A DNA stretch of 64,000 nucleotides from Gonapodya sp. JEL0774 (GCA_027604505.1 JADIIX010000126.1:1-64000); one strand, 5' to 3'. Positions 14,754-30,857 are shown, numbered from the stretch's first letter. The notes: a model not told the origin generated them from the sequence alone. Translations and numbers: made by a program.

Positions 14754-17099
14754 TTATTCCACCGTGACGTCATCCTCACCATCACCCTGTTGAGAATTCG
14801 TCACCAGAACCCCTGGTGTTGTCGGCAATTGTCCTGTATTCCGAAAATGCATCCGATAGTGGACAACGGCGTTATCTCGACGACTGAAACGCGCACCACA
14901 TCCAGGGTACTGGCACTCAAATCTGAACACCAAACACGAAAATATTAGATCGCCACTCGTTCCCTGGCAGCCAAACAGCGCATCAATACTCACGGTCGCT
15001 CGCCCGTATGACTGAAGCACGTATGAGATAAAATCACGAAAGAATCGCATTAGCATCTATTTGGCTGGACACGCAAACTCAGCGAACGCATCCCCACCTC
15101 CGCATATGCCTCGCCAGATGAGTACTGCTAACGGACGCTTTACCACAAACTTCGCATGCAAATGACTTCTTGCGTTTCTTGTTGGGTGCAGAACCATGCT
15201 CTCCGTCGGGTTCTTCCCGTTTACGGCATTCTCCATCCCGACCTTCGTCACTCCCCGATCCTGATCCACTCCACTCCCGCTTCAATGTTCGTGCTACTCG
15301 CTTCTCCGATGCATGGACGTTCTGAGAAACCTCTCCATTTTGCGTTGTTGGCAACGCCGGGCTGGCAACCTGCCCCCGCTTTCCGCGCTGTCCTGTAGAG
15401 GCTGACTTGACGTTTCCCGAAGTACCATTCACAGCGGATTTGGATTGCACACCTGTAGAAGTCGTGGGTAATTTTGTCATTACCTGGCTTGAATAAACAT
15501 GCGCCGGAATCGAGCCACTCGAACCGCCTTCCATGATGAAAACAGTAGTAGGAGGAGGTTCCCACACACCGTCCGTTTGTATCGAATCCGTATTAAATTG
15601 ATCAAAGTTGCGAAATCGAATATTTTCCCTAGGCGACGGTCCGACAACATGTGGATTGTGCAGCCCTGGAGAAACAAAGTTCGCGGTCGTGTTGTTTTCA
15701 AAGTCCAAACCAAAAGCGTCGGCGGGAGAATGTAATGCCGGAGAAGACGGATGAGACGTGCCAAACGTCTCGTAGGCGTACGAAGGAACATGCGACTGGA
15801 GTTGAGGCATGTAGGACGATTCGAGGAAGCTCATTTGCGAGGACTGAGATTTTGCGGCCATATTCACCATGTTCGAGAAATCTGATGTTGACGGCGAGGT
15901 AAGAACAGGCGATTGTTGTTGTTGCATGTATGGTGCTTGAAGTGGTGTCAGTCTACGGCGTTGGGATGGATAAACAGGCGCCGATGACGCCCCCGAAACA
16001 GGCAGTCCGGTCCAGCCCCCTCGACTGCCTTCAGAAAACACCGACGCTCCGGAGATACTATTTGCCGTCACTTCAGTGTTAGATGAGAATGAACTCCCTG
16101 CTTCCTGAGCGGAGGACAAAGACGTGCGACGGGCTTCCACCTGCGTATTGTTGAAGACACCTCCTGTTCCCACTATGGCTTTTGCACCTCCCCAGAAGCC
16201 ACCAGCTGTATGTGCAGCATTGTCACGATTTCGCGACTGATTATGATTGAGACTGTGATTGATCACGGAGGATGGAAACTTCGACGTGGTGGATGGGAAG
16301 GCGATTTCTCCAGCGATGACAGCCGGGGAGGGCGTGAGGTAGGGTGGAAAAGAGTGTATTGAAAGGTGGCGGGTTGGATTCGTTGTGGATGGTAATAGGA
16401 CTGGAGTCATGGGGGACGGTGTGGAGTTGTTCGTTGTGGTGTCACCGAGAAGTCCACCAAACGGAGAATTGGGTAACGAATCGGGGGCGGATGTGACGTT
16501 TCGTAAAATCTGGAGTGGCGTTTGGGATAGGCGTCCTGTTGGTACTGGAAACATGTTGGATAACTGGAAGGAGCCGAATCCCGAGAGGTCTGAGCCGCGC
16601 CGGCGCCGCTCGAGCAGAGATGACGTGGATTGAGCAACTGCGCTTGCGATTTGATCATATTCATGAGGGGTGACAGGGCAGGAGTGGTTGAAATGAAAGG
16701 AGCGGCGTATTTTATATGGCCAGGCAGGTTCGAGGGGCACCATCAGGTACGGAAGCGAACAACGTCACATCGAAACGCGGATCTAGATGATAGACGGCCT
16801 CCATGTATCCTTGGCACCTTGATTCGGCTTTCCGACATCGCGATGTCCTTCCAGCGGCAACTGAAGAGGAACGTAAACTCACTTCGGCCCATTCCGCGCG
16901 GAGCTCTGTCTGACACAATCTCTTCCTTCGTTTCCGCGTCAAGCCGATCACGGCCGTATGCGCTCCCCGCCGCCATCTTGCTCTTTGGTAGTGAAGAAAG
17001 AAGGGAAGTCCCTCCGGGTAGATCATTGGGTTTATCCCAGACGGTTTCCGGTGGCGTGTACAAGACATGCACTGGTTGCGAAACCAGAGACGTAGACAT
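14754..17099 (-). CDS. C2H2 zinc-finger transcription factor, Nrg1-like, fingers at C-terminus
   Basis: Spliced: FACEVCGKASVSSTHLARHMR-SHTGERP-FECQYPGCGARFSRRDNAVVHYRMH, with the linker on an 18-nt exon (14994-15011). Long S/P/T-rich N-terminal region. The 5' exon is uncertain. Confidence 0.85.
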
Positions 17100-18398
17100 C
17101 CGTTTGTCTGTCTTTACGTCGGAAATTGCAAAATGCGAACTGAATCTTCTCGTCGACAGGTCTTATACGTGGAGCTTGGCACCGGTTATGCTTCAGGATG
17201 GGGGGTTCTGACGGGTACCGTTTTGTTGTGATCGCTGGTTTGTTTGGCTCCTCGGAAAAATTTGACACATATAGACCCCTGAAATAATATTTGCAAAGCT
17301 CGAACAAACCTACAAATTTCACTCTGGCTACGTGATGGTATTTCATATGTACAAGATTACTGAATCACATAGTGTGACCCATCGGGTGGCCTATCCTCGG
17401 GATCGTCGGACCTTGCTGATTGCAACCAAGCAGGTCATGAATGCTCGCGTCCACAATGTAAGAACATCTTTGACGCTTCTGGGCTCTGCCCGGGCTCGTC
17501 AATGACGACCAGGTGTCCTGAAAACAAACTCCTGTTCCTCCGAAGTTTTTCGCGGAGGACCGCAGATCGCGAAACTCTACGAAAGCGTTCGAGCTACATT
17601 TGCTTCTTTATAGTTGTCTCACGCTAAATCCACAATGTGTGCTTTGTCGGAGCTTCCGGGAGTGAGAACAAAAAGTCGCCGAGTTTACATATATTGCTCA
17701 ACCAAAAAGCACCGCTTGCGGCGCCGGAGAAATTTCCGAGCATAAACCTCTTGAACCAAGAATCGACCATCGGAATATACATGTATCAAAAGACGGAACG
17801 GTCTAATATTGGAGCTTGTCCTAAACCTGACGATTTCTGTTCCGCCCCCGCCAACTGTAATGATGTACCTGTCCCCCAAGACCGAACGACTCCTTATTTT
17901 TTTTTTCTCTTTCCATGCTTGCAAGTAGTCGCGCAGAGTTCATTGCTTGCCGAGTAACAGAAGCAGGGAGGTTGCTTTTTCTATTTCTTTCGTCGGAGGG
18001 TCCTGTTTTTGCACTGTCGGACCACTTTTTCCCTCTGTCGGCCCCCTCATGGTTTCCTCAAGCCCACCACCGACGGTGCTGTGAGACACCCTTCGAAAAA
18101 GCAGCCCTGAACACCGTGTTCGTCTGTACTTTCTTTGGTACTAATCGTATGATTGTGAATTATTCGAATGAAACCTTGCGAGCGCGTTGATTGTGAATTT
18201 TCTCTGCGAAGGCAATAACTTAACATGCAATCTTCAGTGCGTGCATATCCGTTGAATACATGTGTGGTCTATAAGAAGTATTGGTGTGGTTACATAAATC
18301 ATCTCACACACGTCTAGTTCCCTTACACACCCTCTCGACACGGCTCAGCCTAACTGCTCAGTGAAACTGCACCTTCAGAACTATCTCACTCTCTCCAT

Positions 18399-21061
18399 CT
18401 AGTTTGGCTCCCCGTTCATGATCCATGGTGCGTCAGTGGCGTTCGCCAACACGTCGTCATCCCACTTGGCACCAGACCGCACCGCCTCGTTTTTGCGTTT
18501 GGTCCATCTGAAGGTGGCGGGTTTTAAATGGTGAGGAACCTCACCCTTTGCGGGGGAAAGGCGATTTCAGGTCAGCACAAAACTCACTCATTGAACTTGG
18601 CATCAGTTCCACTATGTAAATATGGTGTACGAAGGGGTTGTTCCAAAACGCGTCAGGGGCTTCTCATTATGTCACCAATATACTTTTATCCGCCAAACTC
18701 ACCCAAACAGCGCATCCCAGAACCTGAAGTAGGTCAAGGAATACGCACCGGCGTTGTGGGAGTGGTGCCTAACGGAAGCGCCAGTGAAGACAGATAAACA
18801 GAACATTCGATGGATATCACAACACACCAGTCGTGGAAGTCAGAAGACAGGAACGGCCATACGTTCAATGGGTCTGTGATTGGATGGAGTGAATTTCACT
18901 CTGTTGGTATGGAATGTGTAACCATGCTTGATTTGCAACTTACCGTACGGGAACTAAAACGAAATTAAAGGGATTGGATTACCACAAGCAGATCTCTCCA
19001 TAGTCGCAAACGGCCACTCACACTGTATCCGATGTCTATATCATATTTCGTGCACAAATGAATGGGCGACGAAAGTTAGGACACAGACTCAACCGAAGAC
19101 AACGGTACTGGTACAAACGTTCGTGAATGTTCATCAGCTAGATTTGAGAGAAAATGGTGGATGAACATGCGAGTCTGGAGGATTGCGGTTCAACACAGAG
19201 AACCGAAACACCGACTCACTTCCGCAAAAGCATGGAGGGCGAGGTACTCTGCAAAACTGAAGTTGAACAAGCGGGCTGGGAAGGAGAAGGTTAGATAATT
19301 GAGTGGATGGGAACGGTGTCGAGTTCAGCGTAAGCCCAAGAGAATTCAAGCCTTCGCTCAAATCAGAAACTTACTAACGATCCACTGAAGTTGAGGGACG
19401 TGATACATGGATCGGTTAGGTTCTAACAGACGATATACCTGAGGCTCCACCGACAGAATACTTACGTTCGGTGCTGTCTGGCAGAACCCTTCAATCTCTC
19501 CGCCGTGGAAACTCGCGTACACTGAAGCCACGTTGAACTCGTGGTGCGGTTTGTGGCTGGTTTGGTTGTTAGCGCAACGGTAAATTTTCGATTACACGCG
19601 AAAAAGAACTGGGGATCGAAGTCCGAGTACGTACAGGGTCTTGTAGAGGGACGGGTATGTGTGGACGGTACGGTGGTACCAGTAAAGCACTGTTCGAAAG
19701 AGAATCAGTATGAGATACTTGCCCTCCACGCTCAATCGTTCCTTGAAGTGTCCAACCAGAACTTACTACAGTCAGCAGTAAGCAGACCGCCGACAAGCCT
19801 CAAAGCAAAAGTTTTGGCGTCGGGTATCTTTGTCATGCTGTGTGGAGAAAGTGAATTGAAGGTGATGAGAGGATCATTGACGAGAACTAGAGGTGTGACA
19901 AAAGGGCTTACTTCATGTGGCCGTGATACTGTGATAGAGTTGGGCATGACCCTTCAATAGAGGTGAAGGTAGAGTGAACAGGACCTCGATCGAAACTTAC
20001 CAGCAAGTAGTACACGAAGACATCAGTGAAAATCTGTTGGAAAAAGTTGCAAAGTATAAGCATATGCGGCCGTTGGTGAGAAATCGAAAGTGGTGGAAGG
20101 GGGAAATTGCATCGCGGATCGCTGAAACATACGTTGTTGAAATTCCGACCTGTCCAGAGCGCTGTTCCATGTGGTACATGAGAAGTAGGTTCCTGAAGGC
20201 AATCTCTTTCTTACGACACACGTACACTTCCAGTTCTCGGTTTCCAACTCCCTAGGTGGACGCCTTTTGAAGTGACAGGTCTGTGAGCGACTGAGTGACT
20301 CTTGAGTCAATGTTACTTTCTTGCACTGACTTGTTTTTGATGATCTTATACTCTTTCAAGTAACCCTTGGAGTCGATCTGTAGTCGGGGAAGGGAAGGGG
20401 AGTAATCCCCATCAGCCGCAGATTATACCTCTCGTCTCGACGTCTGATCTCATCCGGAAACGTATCAGGAATGAGGGCACTTACATAGTCGAAGAACAGT
20501 GTGTTTGGTAAAACGACTAGGTCCGTCACAACAAGCGAAACCAACTTCAAACGTGAGTCAGCAAGTGAGTCACAAGCAGTTTGATCAAAGAATCCGTTTC
20601 GAGTCGAGTTTCCGCAAAAGAGGGACGAAGAAGAATGCAAATCATCCCAGATTAAAGATCGTCAACGGCGGCGATGGTTGCGATTTGGTGAATCAGGTGA
20701 ACGTCAACGAGCTCCCCCAACACCCGGACTCACAGCGTAGGTGATTCCTCCGCCAAGATGGTCCATCAAGTACGACATTCCACTCTCCCACAGGCTCGAG
20801 AATGTAGGTGACATATTCGATCAGTTGTTTTGCAACGATTCGTCTCTGAAAAGGTGAAGCGTACAGAGCGGATCGTCCGGGGCAAATCAAAATGTGATTC
20901 CAGAGAGCGCAGAAGGGAGCTTTCAAGGACGGTACCACTGACTGGTTGATGGCAACAATGGCAAACAGAATAGCGGTCGCCGATGCGAATTTGGTGTCTA
21001 GCGGGCCGCCGATGTTTACGGGCCTTGAAGCGGGACGGTTCCGGTCCCCATTTTCGAGCAT
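18399..21061 (-). CDS. Fatty acid hydroxylase superfamily membrane di-iron enzyme (sterol desaturase / ERG25 / FAXDC2-like), many microexons
   Basis: Hand-spliced: ..TADCMLYWYHRTVHTYPSLYKTLHKPHHEFNVASVYASFH..NIHEHIGYSFPYDPLNVWPFLSSDFHDWHHSHNAGAYSLTYFRFWDALFGGTD..*. All His boxes present (HxxxH, HxxHH, EH, HDxHH) with canonical GT-AG junctions in phase. The 5' exons are less certain. Confidence 0.88.
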
Positions 21062-21210
21062 TTCCCATTTTCGAGCCAAACTGCGACGTATGTGATGAAT
21101 TTAGATAAGTTACGCTTTTGTACGACCCACAAAGCCATGGTCTGCCATGGTCTGCTGATTTACGACGTTGCCAAAAGGTACACAAATGTTCACTACTAGC
21201 TCCCAGTCCC

Positions 21211-24200
21211 TTACTCATCCACCCCCAACAGCGTCTCAACTTCACCCACCCTCCTCCCTACAACCGTCTCGGGCCACTCGTAGCCGTTCTCCTTTTGCCG
21301 CACTTGGTCGTATATCCTCCCGTACATCTTCACAAACAATTCTGACGCTCGCTTTTCCACGGCGCGCGCTGCGCGCGACGATGATATCCGTGCGAGGCGG
21401 GCGGATGGATCATGCGAGGCGAGGTATGAGTCGAGATGCAGCATAGTTGATATTAGGGAGGATGGCGTGGCAGCAGGTAAAGAGGAAAGCGGAATCTGAA
21501 GATAAGTGTGGCAAGGTTGTTGAAGTGTTGTGGAGTATTTTGCACAGAAGAGAGACAAGTGGGGCCGAGGGTGTTGTGGAGGTAGAAGTAAAGCAGTAGC
21601 TGTTCGTCACAAAACTGTGCCATAGAGAGACCAGGCGTGGACAGAATATTCCTCACCTTTTTCTCCCCCACGTTCCCCTCTATGGCCTCCACCACTGGCA
21701 GCAGTTTCGATTCTCTCAACATGTTCATGTACTCTTCGTGTGCCATCCCGTCAATGGTACCTTGAATCATGCTTTCCACAGCTTCTGCCCGTCCTGCAGT
21801 GAAAGGGTATTGGACCAACACAGCCTGTGGGACGGACACCGAGTACAAAATCACGGCACGCAAGCATTTGTTCATCAGCACCTGAACACGGATGCGCATA
21901 TCAATACGCACCTCCACCTCGCCCAAACAATTCACCGCATACACTCCCCTCTCCCATACACCCAACGATCTACCACTCGACTCAATCGCCTCAAAAACCG
22001 GATCCAACGCAGCGCTCAGAGCAGGGGAGAAATCGTCCTCGCGAGACTCCCCGTGCAACGTCGAGACGAGCGAGGTATCGTAGGTCGCGCAAAGCAGTCG
22101 GAGGTCGGATAAGAGGGAGAGGAGAGTGGCAGGAGGTTGGAGTGAGCGGTCAGGGGGCTGGAAGAGCGTCAGAGATTGTAAGAGGGAGTCGCCGAAGTGC
22201 TGGAGGAAGAAGAGAACATACAGGCATACTCCGTACCGCCCGAGTGGTTTGCTGCTCCATAGATTGGAAGAAGACTCTATATGCCGTTTCTCTAAGCCTT
22301 GAGTCAAGGAAAAAAACTAATGATTACCGTTTCGCAGAGTTGACGTCCGATGACGATGAGATCTCACTCGTCCAAAGCCTCCCACAGCGCACCACCCCGG
22401 CCGACGATCTTCTCCACCGTGCCGCCATAGAACTGAATTACGTTAGCGACTTTGTAGGTCGTTAAAGGATGAGGGCTAGACGATAGGACTTGCTCGATGC
22501 GGGTCTCGAAAAAGAACCGCTCAAAGTAAGAATACCGCTCTTTCAAGAACCAAATACGGAGCAGAAGAGTTGTACTTACCTTTATGGCGCCAACCGTTCC
22601 TTCCACAGAAACACCTACAGCCTTCTCAACCCACACGTCTACCTCGCCCGCCCTCTTTCCATCCTTTGCCATCTGACTCTTCACCTCCTCCACCACCGTC
22701 TCGACAACCTCTCTCTCCCCAGCTACTCTTTGGTGTATCCAAGCCATCATGGCTGCAACGTACGATGCCGCGTCGGGAGTGTGTAATTCAAGAGGGCGGG
22801 GCCCAAGCGTGAGGCGGTTGAGGAACGCTTGTGCGACGTGCGGGCGGCGGTACGTTGCAAGTGTGGTGAGAAGATTTCTATTTGTGAGAAAGAGAGGCCA
22901 GAGAAGCTGGTGAGTCGTCGAGCAAACATTGATATCATGAGGTTGATTCCATCCACTTTGTCGCCCAGTTACTCACTCCAACCCGCCATGTCCATCCCTC
23001 GCGAGCCATTTGGCCGCAACCTGCAACGTTGGCGGTACATCGGGTTCATCTTCCACGAGTAAACGCGCACGTTCTGTAGCCCAGCGCAGTAGTTTAGAGA
23101 GTCCGGTGCGTAGGAGTTGTGTGGAGTGGTGAAGGAGGTCGGTCCTACGATGCACATGGAATGTTTCAACAAACCAACAAACGTATCAAAAAGTGAACGT
23201 GAGAGGTAGGATGTGCGAACAGAAACAGAAGTGCTTCAGTGTCGTGTTGGCGCAACGTTTTGCCGGTCCTCAGGACTCGTAAAAAGCTCAACTCAAGCTC
23301 TCCTGCGTGCCCACCGAGACAGCCTATCCAGTCAAAGATACCACCCAGCACATCTTCCGCAACTCACCCAGCCACCTGGCTCTCTCCCTCCAACAACACC
23401 TCGCACTCGTTACTCAGGGTCTCAGCCCTTTCCAACGCCGCGAAGAACGCAGGACCTATCCCGGTTGCCTGAGAGTGTGGTGTTCTGCCATCTGATGGAG
23501 ATAAGGGCGCGGTAGTGGCGGATGAAGTGGGAAGTGGGTTGGAGAGGAAGGACGGTTGGAGGGGCGAGGTGAGGAGGGTGACTTCTGCATCAGAGAGGGT
23601 GAATCGAGCGAGGAAGCGTTCGGATAATTCTCGGCGTACTGTGATAGACGTGCTGAAAAAGGAAGAGGGTTTGAAGTGTTCGTAGAGTTCGTAGAGTTCT
23701 CATCGGGAAGGGAAGAGAGATTTTCGTTTCCGTGTGCGACGTCGGATAAAATGTCCGGCCACACCACACCACTGCACACACTTGCTCCACAGCAGAGATT
23801 CCACGGTGATGGCACTAGTTTGCTACTGTGACATGATTTCGCTGGCCCTTCCAGGCAATGGTATCATGCACCACCGTGGAAGCAACCTCAAAACCCGTCC
23901 ACGCAGTCACAACACGCAGTCAGGCTTCTGAAGAACACCCACGTCTGCTGTTTCAGCCCGGAAGACCTCGCTACCAAGTGCGCGGTTTTCCTGGCCGCTG
24001 AATCCAAATCGCGTTCCATGGCTGTGCAGTCGTCGGACATGGTTGCAACAAGGGTATCAAGAGCGGCGACTTGCTGGTCGTTCGAGTATACGACGTATTT
24101 CATTCGAATTCAAATCAAAGTCAGAGGTTCAGCGTTTGCTCTTCCAGACATATGCCGATTGTCCAGCAGTTTCCACCAAACTCACGTCGACAACCGACTT

Positions 24201-24539
24201 AAATGCTTCCAAAAAGGCTGTTTGCGACTCGAGTGCTGCTCTCTCCACGTCCGCGCCGAGCGCTCTTCGTGCCGACCCTGGAACACCAGCACGACTGCCA
24301 CCAATGCCAATACTGCCATCGCCGGGAACAGCTGTAGAACCAACGCCGAGTCCATAAACATCTGCCAAAGCATCCAGGGCCTTCAAGGTGCCCTGGCTGG
24401 AATCGATCACGTTTGAGGAAGCGAGGAGCGCCTGAAGCCTTCGCGTCAGAGGGGTCCCTCCAAGTTTGGAGGAACGTGTGGTCGGGAACGTCAATGACGT
24501 GGGAGATGGCGAAAGAGGCGGCGCATCGATCGCGGCCAT
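21211..24539 (-). CDS. COG6: Conserved oligomeric Golgi complex subunit 6 (multi-exon)
   Basis: N-terminal ARRALGADVERAALESQTAFLEAF, MMAWIHQRVAGEREVVE, RIEQVLSS..YKVANVIQFY, VYAVNCL and C-terminal VGEVETLLG match the COG6 pattern. Confidence 0.85.
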
Positions 24540-26226
24540 CAAAAAAACGGCGCTTTTAATGTCCAACTCGTAGATCGACGTAAACAATCTGTGTGGCCAC
24601 CCAAACCGGACATCCTGGACCCAGCACAGGACGATGAACTGCCAGCGTGTGTATTTGATATTTTGTGGCACAATGGCTTAACAAAGACAAAGACCTCACA
24701 TATTTGGCGCTTGCGACCAAATAAGCTACTCATCCATAAGGGTGTCTCCTCTTCTTGGGTGGTCAAGCTTCGAAGCTTGAACATGGAATGATGAGTATCT
24801 CGATTGGCGTGGACTCCAATCTCCCGACCTCTCAGAGGTGACTACCCACGGCCCTTGTTGAGGGCCTGGCGCAAAAGCGTGGACCACCAAAAAGTGATGG
24901 ACCCGGCGGCGATCCACTGGGCCCACCGCCCGACAGCCTCTTACCGCAACGCCCTAGGGCAGAATTGCCTCGAGTAGATCTTCGCAGGAGGGGTAGACAT
25001 TGACGGTGTGGAAACCTTGTTATGTCTTGAGCTTGTACTCCTGGGGAACAAATACAGAAAGTCGAAAACGTGTGGGGAAGCACATGTTTAGGAAATGCAT
25101 GGACAAGGTGAGAAGCAAAGAGAGTTCAATATAGCTGACCACTGACCTTGCAAACTTCTGCACTGATTTCGGTGATATACGTGTGTTGAACATGAACTTT
25201 GGTGGTGTAATAGCATGTTGAGATTATGAAAGAGGGTGATGAACCAGTCTGAGATAGTGTGTGCAAGAGAAAGGCGTCCATCTCCCCAATCCTCCCATCT
25301 AGCACCTTTGCAGAATACCTCCCTCCCAGTAAATCCATTGTGAGAGATGAAGACTTTCAGATCGCCTATTGTGTGAACTGATACTGGTCTGAGATGTCGC
25401 AAATAATGGAGGGACATGTCAGATTTTTCATTTTTTTCTTGTTCATCTAACTGCCTGTGTCCAAATTGATGGAAGAGTCTAGTTACAGTGTCATGCAAAC
25501 AGAGTGCCACTGGGGCAGCGTCTCCTTCCCGAGTGAGATTTCCATTGGCCACACTTTTGTGGGACTGCTTGAAAGAGGAAGGCACCTTGGTTTTGTCAGT
25601 GTGGCACAGTCAGTTACCCTGCAAACCAGACGAATTATTATCAACGTTCCTTGACCCCCAAGCAGCAGGCACGACTCCTATAAATGAGAGAGTTTATGTC
25701 CGGCCAAACGTGAGCTCTTCCCCGCCCCCGTGGATTGGATGGAAGAACGATTTCCATAGGTTTGGGAGACTGCTTGCTCTATGAAGCTTCTGCAGTCCAA
25801 GCACGAATGACTTTGTTTTGGCCTGGTCGTCAAGATGATCCCATCATCGTTGAGAAGTAGCGTTGTCAGTCAGCAGTCTTGTAATGCAATAATAAAATTC
25901 TGAGAAAGAATCGTCAGATTCTACCAAGTTTACTCTCATGTCTATTTTGACATCACGTGACGCATTCCCAGAAATTCTGGCGGGCGGCCTTTATATACAA
26001 AGAAGCGAGGGGATGAAACATGGTCTCCCAATTTATCATTTCGCTTATCCACCTTCTTGTCTACTTGTCAACAGTGAAAGGTGGAGAGCCTCGAACAAGA
26101 TATGATAATAAACTTGAAGCACGTTGATAAGTGTGCTCTTCACCGAGTCACAAGCCCTTCCAAAGTCCACGAAACTGTTGGTCCCACTGTCTCACCTGTG
26201 CACAAAAATTGACTACATCATGTTTC

Positions 26227-28209
26227 TCATCGACCTGCACTCCCAGTCGGGGCTGTTGCAGCTAGTACCCCTGACAGCAAATCAGTTGTCCCTGCAAGAA
26301 CAGAGTGTGAATACTCATGATGGTCATGATTGGAATGACCTCCGTGTGAATGAGAGGATTCATCGTGAGAGCCAAGGTTGAGGTAGTGCACATGGTTGTT
26401 ATGTGCGTGATCGTGATGTTGTACTTCGAGGGATGCTTGAGAATGATTGTTGGTCGGAACAGGAGCTACATCAGAATGATTGTGTTTCTCCGAAGGATGA
26501 ACGGAGTGAGAGTGGTCGTCGAATTCGGTAGCATCTTGGTGGGAGCGGTCACCCATTTTGGAAGGAGCGTCGTGAATGTGGGATTCCACTGAAAGGGAAC
26601 TATGGTCGTGCCCTTCCCCATCTTCCCGCTCGTCTTCAGTATGTCCACCGTTGCTCGCATGTGCATGGACCACATCGCCGTGAGTGTGATCTTCACGATG
26701 CGCAACACCGTTACCGTGATCATGACCATGTTCTTGATCTCCGTGGCCATGGTCGTGCTGATCTGCGTGCTCAAAATGGCGCGTGGGGGATATCGCGAGG
26801 ACATCCTTCACGCCGGCTTTTTCAGAGAGTGTAGGAATCTTGTGAAGATAACCGTACCCGACCGCCTGGTGAAAATCCACGCAGGATGCATTTCACATTA
26901 GCACGTATGGATTCTCCTGAGACTCCCATTTTCTTAGTACTCACAGCTCCCAAGCACCCTTCACCTCCCCATCCTCTACTCGGTACCATCATCACTTCCC
27001 TGGTTCCGTCCGTCACTGAGTTGTAAACAAACAACCGGAGAGGGCGATCAATATGCGATTCAACCAAGTGGAAGAGGTCGTCACGGTGTGGCAGAGGGTG
27101 AGAGGGGGTTCCTACAGACAGTTCGAACAAGGCAGGATCGGTAGAAGAACTCTGAGATGATGTGTAAACAGCGCTATCGCTCACCAATTATGTAGTCTGT
27201 ATTTGGGTATAGGCCAGCAAGCTCAGCGGGAGAATTAGGTTGTCTGTCGGATCAAGTAGCTCGGACGGATGTTTCTCCGTGAAAGCAACACCCGGACTCA
27301 CATCTCCAGCACGTGCCAAATGTGCTCATCGGCGCCATCGTAAGAGCACCATCGCACAGAGCAGCCTTTGACGTGCGGTGTTGAAGAATAGAGGTACAGA
27401 AAAGTGGCAGATAGGGAAGAGAGGTTGTACAAGCACGAACAGAGGTGATAGACGGTAGTTAGACGATTTGCAAAAAGAGACAACAGCGCAGCAGCTGACA
27501 AAACAGGAGCCTGAAACGGCTCCCTTCCGAGCGTTTTCCTTCATGGCTCCCCGCACGTTGGACCCACTAACCAACCCCAACCTCACATTGAAATCGTGAA
27601 AACAGTCCCATACGTGCCATCTAAGTCAAGATTGTGTTACTAACCTATAAGCCCGTTTTCTGGACCGGAACTCCAATACTCTTTTGAAGGGACAATCGGC
27701 ACGTCTGAATAGTCCCAGTCGTGGGAATCGATGCCGATGGGGCCAGAGAAGCAATTCCACCATCAAATGAAACGACACAGAAGCCATTTTATGCAGAAAC
27801 AAGATCGCGTCCGCAAGACTGTCAAATATCTCCAACACGGTGATTCATTTTAACGGGATTGCGCTCACCACGTATGCTCCTCCTCTTGCTCGAATACACA
27901 TGCAAAACAGTCTCCCTATCGATCGCTCGATGTAGCGCCCCAGCTAGTGGGTTCGTGGAAGGTTCCTGTTGTCCGAAGATGTCCCTATGATTGCAACGCT
28001 CCGGAAGACACCCTCATCCACAGCACAACGCTCTGGTGCCCTCCTTGTTCCAAGATTGATTTAGAACGCACCAGCTCGACGCCTTCGCATGCAATTATGT
28101 AGTCGAAATGGGGTTCTAGGCCGGCCAGGTCGGCTGGCGATCCTGGATTCACACCGAGCACGTGGTACCCATCCGTGGGCTCTGATGAGGCTGATGGTGC
28201 GTTTCCCAT
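26227..28209 (-). CDS. GRH1: GRASP55/65-type Golgi stacking protein with His-rich C-terminal tail
   Basis: MGN start (myristoylation-type), GYHVLGVNPGSPADLAGLEPHFDYI, GCSVRWCSY..HIWHVLE, LRLFVYNSVTDGTREV..PSRGWGGEGCLG and VGYGYLHKIP. Confidence 0.92.
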
Positions 28210-28420
28210 ACTAGAGAAAGATCCCTCGAAGCAGGGACGTTGCGCGAACAAGCAGGACGGAGATGGTTGGTATGAATCGAGTGACCTTTCCCCGAACGAA
28301 CACTGTACTACTCGATACTAAGTGATTACTTCGGATGGGTATTAATTTATATTCATGAATTGCATTATTTTTCGCTACGAAACCATTGAAGCAGCAGCCT
28401 ACGCCCCGCCCATCAAATGG

Positions 28421-30808
<2,388 letters not shown>

Positions 30809-30811
<3 letters not shown>

Positions 30812-30857
30812 GGCCCCACTCTGCACGGTTCCATGACCCCACTCTGCACGGTTCCAT
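30809..30857 (-). repeat. 23-bp tandem duplication at the aminotransferase start
   Basis: ATGGAACCGTGCAGAGTGGGG[T/C]C twice on the minus strand, giving ATGs at 30857, 30834 and 30811. Confidence 0.85.

Noticed and set aside
19921..19950. ERG3-like 'GHAQLY' reading with an in-frame TGA, suggesting a pseudogene
   Set aside because: A downstream acceptor gives a 17-nt exon (YHGHMN) that keeps phase with both neighbouring exons, so no stop is needed.
24780..24950. Possible snoRNA or other structured RNA (ATGATGA box followed by GC-rich sequence)
   Set aside because: I could not identify a matching D box, terminal stem or antisense element. An Infernal/Rfam scan would be needed.
25953..25961. 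TCACGTGAC E-box (Cbf1/CLEAR-like); a similar TCACGTGA lies near 58617
   Set aside because: Single short motifs are expected by chance, and there is no supporting context.
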